Assembly: GCA_002269645.1 (NCBI GenBank)
Contig: NIVC01002016.1
Location: 66,729-130,728, forward strand
Direction: 5' to 3'
DNA length: 64,000 nucleotides
From: Macrostomum lignano
Lineage: Eukaryota
Below the pieces are notes generated by a model that was not told where the DNA came from, searched no databases, and worked only from the letters and a program-made list of their open reading frames with translations. Positions 14,479-24,400 of the stretch are shown here, in pieces. The first letter of the stretch is position 1, and each line of letters starts with the position of its first letter. Position numbers and translations under genes: made by a program.

Positions 14479-15531
14479 AAAAGTCACATGGTGCCAGGTC
14501 TGGACTGTGAGCAGGGTGAGCCATCAGCTGGACCCCACAGTCAGCCAGAAACTTGAGAGTTTGAGCCGCCATGTGCACACTGGCGTTGTCGTGGTGCAGA
14601 AGCACCCTGCGCATTTCGCACCTTGGGCACCTCTGGCTCACAGCAGAAAAGACTTTGGGTAGGCAAACTGTTGTGTACCAGTCGGCGGTGACTGGCGATC
14701 TTCAAGTGAAACGGAAGCCACATGCCCAGTGCGCATGAAGAAACAGCCCACCATCTGCTTGCCGACACTTCGGCTGCGTTGAAACTTGGTGGGGCTGTCC
14801 TCGTCTCCAAAGGTCCACATGGCTGACTGGCGCTTGCTTTCGGGGTCGTATTGATAAATCCAGGTCTCATCGCCCGTGAGGATGTCCCAGATATGCTGGC
14901 TGGTCCCAGATTCGAATTTCTGCAGCATGAATCGGCACCAAGCCACCCTGGTGTCCTTCTGCATGTCAGACAGCTGATGGGGGATCCACCGGGAAGCCAG
15001 CTTCCGCACTCCAAGGTGTTCGTGCAGAATGGCGTGCACACTCTCCGATCCAATACCGATCTCCTGCTGGATCTGCTGGTAGGTTACTCGCCGGTCAGCG
15101 GCAATCATGCTGGACACAGCGCAGATATTTTCTGGAGTCACTGCGTCACAGGGTCTCCCGGATCGATGTTCATCTTCGAGGCTTTCTCAACCTCAGCGAA
15201 ACTCAGCAAACCAGTTTTTGAAGGTTGCGTATGAAGGACACAGATGGGTGAAACGTTCTGTAAAGTTTGATATGAATCGGCCGGCGACTTGCCTTGCTTG
15301 AAGTACAAGTACATCATTGCTCTGAAGTCGCGATTTTCCAGCTTCATTGTTGAATTGAAGAACTCAGGAAGTGAACTGACTTTAACTCGCTGCAGTGGAC
15401 TCAAAAGTGGCTGCTTCTGTTTGAAAATTTTGCTGCGATACTTTTAAAAACTAGTCTTTACCATAGACAAATTTCATGCTTCTACGTCTCGTGGATCCTA
15501 CTCAGGCTAAAGACTTTCTGAGTGACCCTCG
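14479..15531 (-). mobile_element. Mariner (Tc1/mariner) transposon, frameshifted and 3'-truncated
   Basis: HTH N-terminus (RAMMYLYFKQGKS), RWIPHQL, TGDETW, HHDNAS and HSPDLAPCDFF motifs over several frames; one TIR CGAGGGTCACTCAGAAAGTCTTT ending at 15531 with TA at 15532-15533; the other end is missing. Confidence 0.93.
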
Positions 15532-16057
15532 TACTGGCCCACACACATACATGCACTGCACGCAGTACACAGTCATCAACAAGAAAAGGAAAACTACATT
15601 ATTAAAGTTGCTCACAGCATATTTAAAGAACATATAAATATGAATTTCGTCTGTACACGCCCAAACTGACATGTTTATTGATTTAATCAATTAATAGAGC
15701 TAAGTATTATACGAAGAAACAAAGATTTAAACTCTGAATGAAAAATTATAATTACAAGAAATAATGGTTGCATCAACTTTTAACGACAAAACGCAAATAA
15801 GTATTCAAGCAAGTTAAAGCGACCACAAGCAACATAGCAATCATAACATGGGACTAATAATCTGTACAAAGTCAATACAAAAAACTGAAACAAAAAATTT
15901 GCTACTGTTACTGTACCTATTTATTATTGTGAAATTGATAATTAAAACTAAAATAGTTGAAAGACTTGGAGAGACAACAATTAACACCACACAAAATTGG
16001 TAATAATTTTAACTGGCATGGTAATGCATTATCTTGGACAAATAGCTGCTGAGTGAG

Positions 16058-16827
16058 TCACACTGGACACAAAGCTGTTTCCTACAAGTCACACTGGACA
16101 CAAAGGTGTCTCCTATAAGTCACCTCTCAGACACAAAGCTGTCTCCTACAAGTCACACTGGACACAAAGATGTCTCCTACAAGTCACCTCTCAGACACAA
16201 AACTGTCTCCTACAAGTCACACTGGACACAAAGCTGTCTCCTACAAGTCACAGTGGACACAAAGCTGTCTCCTGCAAGTCACACTGGACACAAAGCTGTC
16301 TCCTACAAGTCACCTCTCAGACACAAAGCTGTCTCCTACAAGTCACACTGGACACAAAGCTGTCTCCTACAAGTCACCTCTCAGACACAAAGCTGTCTCC
16401 TACAAGTCACACTGGACACAAAGCTGTCTCCTACAAGTCACAGTGGACACAAAGCTGTCTCCTACAAGTCACAGTGGACACAAAGCTGTCTCCTGCAAGT
16501 CACACTGGACACAAAGCTGTCTCCTACAAGTCACAGTGGACACAAAGCTGTCTCCTACAAGTCCCCTCTCAGACACAAAGCTGTCTCCTACAAGTCACAC
16601 TGGACACAAAGCTGTCTCCTACAAGTCACAGTGGACACAAAGCTGTCTCCTGCAAGTCACACTGGACACAAAGCTGTCTCCTACAAGTCACAGTGGACAC
16701 AAAGCTGTCTCCTACAAGTCCCCTCTCAGACACAAAGCTGTCTCCTACAAGTCACAGTGGACACAAAGCTGTCTCCTGCAAGTCACACTGGACACAAAGC
16801 TGTCTCCTACAAGTCACAGTGGACACA
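16058..16827. repeat. 31/33-bp minisatellite (GACACAAAGCTGTCTCCTACAAGTCACACTG)
   Basis: Direct; begins about 50 bp past the stop of the minus-strand ZF gene. Confidence 0.95.
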
Positions 16828-16876
16828 AAAAAAATGCATAGCCGGACACAACAGCTGCAGACAAAGCACAAACCAG

Positions 16877-17222
16877 TTAGCTAGAATGGCTAATCATGTG
16901 AAGGCTGAGGTCGTCAACATTATCATAAGCCATGGGGCAGATTGGACAGGGCAGCTTGTCGCCGGGGCCTCGAGCCCGTTTCAGCATCAAGTGAGTCCGA
17001 TAAGTGTGATTGTTCAACAGCAGCTGGCTGTCGAAATTCTTACAGCAGATTGGGCACCGAAGCTGCTTCGGGCGCTTGTCTACTACTGGCTGCTGCTGTT
17101 GCTGCACTGACTGCGGTTGGGCAGGCCCTTCTTGGCTGACCCCGGCATCGTCCGCGTGGGAGCTGCTGCCGCTGACGCTGCCGCGCAGCCACTACGGTCC
17201 ACTGGGCCTTTCTCTGCCACAC
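16877..17222 (-). CDS. C2H2 zinc-finger gene A, last exon (2 fingers); apparent 1-nt deletion near 17184
   Basis: CPICCKNFDSQLLLNNHTYRTH and CPICPMAYDNVDDLSLHMISH; acceptor CTGCAG at 17228-17223; exon is 1 nt short of keeping frame. Confidence 0.8.
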
Positions 17223-18347
17223 CTGCAGTTGTATGAGGATTTGGCATCGGGATAAATCAAATGCGATCCGGAGATGAGGATCGGGATCAATTCTGGGTAT
17301 AAAGATTAGGATTATAAAATCTGATCTTTAGATGAAGATTGGGATCATATTGTGGGATCTAGGGGGTGAGGATTGGGGTTATAATGTGAGATCTAGGGGA
17401 TGAGGATTGGGATCATATTGTGGGATCTAGGGGGTGAGGATTGGGATCATATTGTGGGATCTAGGGGGTGAGGATTGGGGTTATAATGTGAGATCTAGGG
17501 GTGATGATTGGGATCATATTGTGGGATATAGGGGGTGAGGATTGGGATCATATTGTGGGATCTAGGGGGTGAGGATTGGGGTTATAATGTGAGATCTAGG
17601 GGATGAGGATTGGGATCATATTGTGGGATCTAGGGGATGAGGATTGGGATCATATTGTGGGATCTAGGGGGTGAGGATTGGGATCATATTGTGGGATCTA
17701 GGGGATGAGGATTGGGGTTATAATGTGAGATCTAGGGGTGATGATTGGGATCATAAAGTGAGATCTAGGGGATGAGGGATTTGGACTAAAAAGTGGGATT
17801 TAGGGGATGAGGATTTGGATTTTAAAGTGGGATCTAGGGGATGAGGATTGGGATTAAAGTGGGATCTAGGGGGTGAGGATTGGGATCATATTGTGGGATC
17901 TAGGGGATGAGGATTGGGGTTATAATGTGAGATCTAGGGGTGATGATTGGGATCATAAAGTGAGATCTAGGGGATGAGGGATTTGGACTAAAAAGTGGGA
18001 TTTAGGGGATGAGGATTTGGATTTTAAAGTGGGATCTAGGGGATGAGGATTGGGATTAAAGTGGGATCTAGGGGATGAGGATTGGGATCATATTGTGGGA
18101 TCTAGGGATGAGGATTGGGGTTATAATGTGAGATCTAGGGGTGATGATTGGGATCATAAAGTGAGATCTAGGGGATGAGGATTGGGGTTATAATGTGAGA
18201 TCTAGGGGTGATGATTGGGATCATAAAGTGAGATCTAGGGGATGAGGATTGGGATTTTAAAGTGGGATCTAGGGGATGAGGATTGGGAGTATAAAGTGGG
18301 ATTTAGGAGATGACGATTAGGATTAAAAAGTGGGATCTAGGGGATGA

Positions 18348-18424
18348 GCTTGGCGATGGTTCCCAACCTCCACGATTGGTGCCAAGCGGGCAGACTGGCG
18401 TGCCAGTCTGGCAAATAAGGAACC
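18348..18424 (+). ncRNA. HDV-like self-cleaving ribozyme (candidate)
   Basis: P1 GCTTGGC/GCCAAGC (7 bp); P3 ACC/GGT; L3 TCCACGATT; P1.1 CC/GG; P4 CAGACTGGC-GT-GCCAGTCTG; J4/2 GCAAA with catalytic C equivalent at 18412; P2 GGTTCC/GGAACC. Folded by eye against the HDV genomic ribozyme. Confidence 0.8.
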
Positions 18425-18662
18425 GGGGGGCGGTGAGGCCCGCGGCCGTGATTTGAAAACCACGTCCCGCGGGCAAAACCGCACCCGGCAGAGTGACCAC
18501 GGCATAACGAACCGTGGGACCTCTTTAAACGAAACCATCGTGAATCACCGGAGAGAGCAGGCGAGAGAGACAAGATCGGCAATGCGAAGCGTAAGAGCTG
18601 GAGTAAGGGACTCCCGGTGAGCTATGCCGAAAGGCGACAAAAAGCGAGAAGAAGAAGAAGAA
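18348..18662 (+). mobile_element. Short non-autonomous non-LTR retroelement (SINE/SIDE-like, probably RTE-derived) with a 5' ribozyme and (GAA)n tail
   Basis: Unique 315-bp insert in the minisatellite, flanked by GATCTAGGGGATGA(G) on both sides (18334-18348 and 18663-18677), 3' tail GAAGAAGAAGAAGAA, 5' end at ribozyme G1. Confidence 0.75.
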
Positions 18663-18818
18663 GATCTAGGGGATGAGGATTGGGATTATAAAGTGAGATC
18701 TAGGGGATGAGGACTGGGATCATTAAGTGGGATTTAGGGGATGAGGATTGGGATCATAATATAGAATTTAAGGATGAGGATTGGGATTTCTCTATCGAGG
18801 ACTGAGGCTAACACTCGC

Positions 18819-19280
18819 CAGTAGCAAAGCAGCCCTCCCTCCGCCCACCATCGCTGCTGACTCCACTGTCTCCGCCGCTGTCCTGTTCCGTCGCATTTGT
18901 CAACCTCCGCTTCAACGGTGGTGCAGCAGAGGCGTTCGATATTTCAGCAGCCGCTGTCGCCGCCGCCGCCGCTTCGCTGTTGAAATCTTCGTCGGCAACG
19001 GCGTGTCGCTCGAGCAGATGTTGGTCAAGCTGATCGGCGCTAGTGAACCTGGTGTTGGCGCACAGGAAGCAGGAGTACTTTGCTATGCAGGAGACGGCTT
19101 CGACAATAATCACTTTGGATTGCTGCTTCCGGGTGCAGCTTAGCTCGTGCCGAGCCTCCTGATTGGCGCCAGTTTGAGCAGCCGCTGGAGTCAAACCGGA
19201 AGGAGGGTTGCCTGAACAGTCAGCTGGTTTGCAGCTTAGCTCGTGCCGAGCCTCCTGATTGGCGCCAGTTTGAGCAGCTG
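18819..19280 (-). CDS. C2H2 zinc-finger gene A, exon 3 (1 finger)
   Basis: YSCFLCANTRFTSADQLDQHLLERH; acceptor TTTGACTCCAG ends at 19281, phase matches the upstream exon; donor is either GC-type at 18818 or GTTAGC about 6 nt further, both phase 1. Confidence 0.75.
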
Positions 19281-19424
19281 CTGGAGTCAAACCGGAAGGA
19301 GGCATCAGTAAAAAAGGTCCAAAAATAAATAAAATACCAAAATAAAATGACCCTGGAGTCTACAGACTCAGTGTTAACAGATTACTCGCGTAGATTCTGA
19401 CTTGGTTATAAACCAAATGGAAAT

Positions 19425-19822
19425 CTAGGGAATTACAGACCGATGACCAGCCGAAAATATTGGGAATTAGGGGCCGATGACCAGCCGAAAATATGGGGAA
19501 TTAGGGGCCGATGACCAGCCGAAAATATGGGGAATTAGGGGCCGATGACCAGCCGAAAATATGGGGAATTAGGGGCTGATGACCAGCCGAAAATATGGGA
19601 AATTAGGGGCCGATGACCAGCCGTAAATATGGGGAATTAGGGGCCGATGACCAGCCGAAAATATGGGGAATTAGGGGCCGATGACCAGCCGTAAATATGG
19701 GGAATTAGGGGCCGATGACCAGCCGTAAATATGGGGAATTAGGGGCCGATGACCAAATGCAAATATAGGGAATTAGGGGCCGATGACCAGCCGTAAATAT
19801 AGGAATTAGGGGCCGATGACCA
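19425..19822. repeat. 34-bp intronic minisatellite (GCCGATGACCAGCCGAAAATATGGGGAATTAGGG)
   Basis: Direct, about 11 units. Confidence 0.93.
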
Positions 19823-19865
19823 ATGTAAATTCTGCAAACAGCAAACACCCTAAATCTGTACTAAC

Positions 19866-20256
19866 CAACTCTGCACTCCTGCCCGCTGTCCTCTTCTAGT
19901 TCGCTATCATTTCTGTTAGTTGAGGCGAACGATTCGGAGTTCGAACCCGCGTGCTGCCTCAACAGATGCCGGTCAAGACAATCGGCCGTAGGCAGCTCAC
20001 GATCGCATAGGAAGCACTTGTAGGGCTTGAGTTGATTAGGCTGAGGCGAATTACTTCCACTGCGATCAAACTGTTGCTGCTGCTGCTGCCGCTGTCGAAG
20101 TTCAGATTCGGCGATGTTGCGACGACGCATTTTGAGAAAATTTTTCAGCACATTTGTCACCTTTCGGTCTTTGCTAATTGGGGCACTGAGATTAGGAGGC
20201 CGTCGTTGAGACTGCGGAGATTCTGACTGATTTGAGCATTGCTGTGGCCTGGAAGA
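19866..20256 (-). CDS. C2H2 zinc-finger gene A, exon 2 (1 finger)
   Basis: KPYKCFLCDRELPTADCLDRHLLRQH; acceptor poly-C..CTATCCAG, donor GTTAGT; 391 nt gives phase 0 to 1. Confidence 0.8.
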
Positions 20257-20397
20257 CTGGATAGATAGGAGGGGGGGGGGGAAGGCGTTTTAGTAAAATG
20301 TGTTTTAGCTACTTGAAATAGAGCTGTACTGATATTTTAATTGCAGTTGATAAAATTATCAAGGCTTGGATGCAACATTCTTGAATAGCGGGGACTT

Positions 20398-21075
20398 AGA
20401 ATTCGAGGGATTTCAATTCCAGGAAATCGAAATTATGAAGATTTGAATTCCAGGAAATACCAAAACTCTGCGGATTTAAATTTCAAGAAACCGAGATTCT
20501 GAGGATTAGAATTCCAGGAAACCGAAATTCTGAGGATTTGAATTCCAGGAAACCGAAATTCTGAAGATTTGAATTCCAGGAAATCGAATATCTAAGGATT
20601 AGAATTACAGGAAACCGAAATTCTGAAGATTAGAATTCCAGGAAACCGAAATTCTGAAGATTAGAATTTCAAGAAACGAAAATTCTGAAGATTAGAATTC
20701 CAAGAAACCGAAATTCTGAGGATTAGAATTCCAGGAAACCGAAATTCTGAGGATTAGAATTCCAGGAAACCGAAATTCTGAGGATTTGAATTCCAGGAAA
20801 TCTAATATCTAAGGATTAGAATTCCAGGAAACCGAAATTCTGAAGATTAGAATTCCATGAAATCGAATATCTAAGGATTAGAATTCCAGGAAACCGAAAT
20901 TCTAAGGATTAGAATTCCAGGAAACCGAAATTCTGAAGATTAGAATTCCAGGAAACCGAAATTCTGAAGATTAGAATTCCAAGAAACGAAAATTCTGAAG
21001 ATTAGAATTCCAAGAAACGAAAATTCTGAAGATTAGAATTCCAGGAAATCGAATATCTAAGGATTTGAATTCCAA
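20398..21075. repeat. 31-bp intronic minisatellite (GAATTCCAGGAAACCGAAATTCTGAGGATTA)
   Basis: Direct. Confidence 0.93.
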
Positions 21076-21110
21076 GACACCTACAGAAAAGCAAATGCAG
21101 ATCGAACTAC

Positions 21111-21458
21111 CTGAACAGCGGCTCCACTTTCCAAACTAAACGAAAGATCCTCTCTGAGTTGTCCACGGGTAACATCTGGGCAATCTGAATGGCAGACAAC
21201 TAGATGCTCCATCAATTCCCAATCAGTTGGGCAAGTCTCACTACAAAGCTCGCATTGCCAATTTGCACTGGCAGAATTTGGCGTTGGCGGCACATGCAGC
21301 TGCAGTGACACAGCTGGGTTGGGCTGCATCAGCATTAGCTGACGGTGTTCAGCCAGATGACTGGCAAGCTCCTGCTGGCTGGACTGTGGCAGCCAGCATA
21401 GTGGACAGGCCAGTGTGGCCTGCAGCTGCCTGTTGCAATCTGGCTGGGCTTCTTGCAT
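21111..21458 (-). CDS. C2H2 zinc-finger gene A, first identifiable coding exon (2 fingers)
   Basis: CPLCWLPQSSQQELASHLAEH and CELCSETCPTDWELMEHLVVCH; donor CAG|GTAGTT at 21110; ATG at 21458 may or may not be the true start. Confidence 0.75.
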
Positions 21459-24400
21459 GCAAGGGAATGCGATTTAATATTTAACTTAACATTAAATACC
21501 AGTATAGCTATAGGATTAGGATTCTATAGCAACTATGATAAAATTGGTAGGCCTACCTATTACCTAATAGTAATTAGACCTAGCTATTTCCTTTTCTATA
21601 TAGCTACTACAAGTACTAAAGAAATATAATTGTTAGATGTTTTTTTATTTATATAGTGCTATGCCTTTTGTGACTTTTTTATCATTAGTAACTATAATAT
21701 AATAATATGAAACTAATCACTTAGTTGTACAAAGAAAGGCTACATCATATATACCAAGTGTACATTGTTTAATGTTGGCCATTAAGTTACACTCAGAGTC
21801 ATTGTTGATATCAGTTGACTTGCCAATAGCATAGTCAAGATCAGTATTGGTATAGAAGAATGTTATAATAGCCTGTGACAGCTTGGTTAGCAAGGGTAAG
21901 CTGTTTTACTAATAATGTCCTTTTGCACTATAGCTTATTATTGACTATTAGATATTCTAGATATTCTATTCTATCTAGCTAAAAGGACTTGGAGATATAG
22001 CTACTGTATTTCTTAGCAAAGATAGTCAAAAAGAATATCAAAAACAAACACAAAAAGTGGGCGATATAAGAAAATAAAAATACAAAATGCAATACAAAGA
22101 CCAACATAACTAAATTAAAAATGCAATTAGGTCTAGTGGTAGCATTGGTTTAGGCCTAGCCCAAACTAAAAATCATGCATAATGGGCCTATAGGGTATAC
22201 TAAACATTTTTATGCCTACTCCATAGTCTGGATCATGCTAGGTACATGCCTGAACAAAAATCAAATAATAACAAATACATGCTAAAAAATTAAGTTCACG
22301 TCCATTCTTAAAACTATGCAGGTATTACGACAATGAATGACCTTTTTATATTATGAAAATAAATGACCCTTTTTTAAATTGCACAATGGACCCTTTTTGG
22401 CAAATAATTTGGTTTTTGCTTTTTGGCAATATTATTTACTACTATTACTAAAAATTGATACATACATAGATTTGTTAAAATGATTTATTATGAGCTTAAA
22501 AACCTGAAAAGCTTAAAATTTAGACTTAAAATGAACTTTTTTATATTTTTTTCTATTGCACTGTAACTTTTCTTTGTGATTATATAAAGTGCATGCCAGG
22601 TGTTTTTTATTAGAGACAGGGGGGTTGTGTGTACCTTGGCACACTTTAAGTGACATAGGTACAAAACCAGCAAAAGGCATTACTGCCCATTCTGCCAACT
22701 CTCCTGAGTAGGCATACAAGCACGCGGATATGTATGTAGGCACACACTTACATAGGAGTGTACAGCAGCTCTAACTTTATTTATTGTTAAGCATATATAT
22801 ACTTCATTGCGCCTTAGGGGATGGGCTCTCAAGGCTGTTAATTGCATAAGCAGAGCCAAGCCAAGATTTTAATTCAGCCCCATATTAATGTGACTGCACT
22901 TGGAATCAAGCCTGGGTTGTTGGCACACCAGAGCCTGTGCTAGACTGCTGGGCTACGGCCTTCTGCATGCCAAGTGTGCATATAAAGGCCTATACTATTT
23001 TCTTAGAAGTGATGGATGCCAATTGTGCATGCCTGTTTTTGGCATGCAAGGCCAATGCATGCCTGAATTTTCTGGCATAGGCCTATACTATATGATCTGG
23101 AGTGTGGTGCATACTATAGCCTAAGCCTAGGCTATTAAATGCATTTGGTATGATATTATTATTGTTATATTTATGTAATATTTAAACATAATAAAATAGC
23201 TTCAATTTAACCCAATATAATTTGACATAATTTTATATAAAAGCACATTATTATTAGCATATTATTTTATAGGCCTATTTAGGAATATTAGGCCTGTCAT
23301 GCCTATGATCTTACTATAGATAGATAGATGAGCCTAAGGCGGCAAGGCCTAGGATATATCTATATCTTTGGCTTAAGGCTTAAAAACATTAAGAACTAAT
23401 TAATAAAGGCTTCATTGTAGGGCCTACCTATCTATTAAGCTAATAAACTTCAAAATATGCCTAGTAGGCCTACAGACTAGAGACCAATACAAGTCTGCCA
23501 TTTGTAGACTAGCTGGCTGCCTCATCCCATGGGCCATGGGATACCCCAGCTCGAGCTCTAAGGCCCATGAGAGTTAGCTGTAGCATGCTAGGCCTAGTGG
23601 CAAGACCAATATAATTTGGCAATTGGCATAATTAACTCACACAATTTTTTCTGCATTGAAGATTCAAGAATGAAGAAGACGAGACAAAGGCAAGATTATT
23701 TTCATAAAAATGTAGGCCTACCATACACCTAATAAAGCATTTCGATATGATAGACTATTGATATATGCCCTACCCATCTGACATCAATGTTAGACTGAAC
23801 CAAACCTTAGATTACCGATCATACCTAATGAACATTTCGCTTACATTGATTTCAATCGATTACACCATGCACGTACTTGTAATTAACCAGCAGTTTTGCG
23901 AGTTTAAACATTAAGAATATCTATTTCTCCGAAAATGCATGTTTAAGCAAACCTGACAAAAAATAATGTGCTCTATTCAGTGTAACACACACACACTAAT
24001 AAATGTAGAATTCGGTTTTTCAAATAAAAATAATTTTCTGTAAAAAACGGAAATTGTTTAAGATCTCGGTTAAATTCAGAACTGATTTTCCGATATTATC
24101 GAGAATTCTAGAGTCCACTATACTCTACAGTACACGTCCCAATCCCAAAGCTTAATTAATCATTCGTATAACTAGCTATACTTATCTTGCGTTAGTTCGG
24201 TAGCATCAAGGAATACTGAAATTATATGTATACTAACTAAGGTCTATACTAGTTTACGGATTACTCAAGAATAAAAGCTAGCCATGCCATCACATCTACT
24301 ACAAGTGGTCCTTGAGTAATCCGTGCATGCGTGCAGTGCATGGCTTGTAAGGGCCGTTGTTGTCCTTTGGGGTAGCATCAGCAGCAAGCTAAATGTAGAG

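Larger units (their letters stand above)
17270..18790. repeat. About 35-bp G-rich intronic minisatellite (GTGGGATCTAGGGGATGAGGATTGGGATCATATT)
   Basis: Direct; interrupted at 18348-18662 by a unique insertion. Confidence 0.93.

Noticed and set aside
19425-19822. Hammerhead-like core in the 34-bp unit (C[C/T]GATGA-CCAGCC-GAAA)
   Set aside because: Only one unit has CTGATGA, the 6 nt between the motifs cannot form stem II, and no stems I/III are evident.
21081-21110. Acceptor-like TTTTCTGTAG 30 nt after the ZF A donor (micro-intron or recursive site)
   Set aside because: It is followed only by minisatellite, with no exon; cannot be supported without reads.
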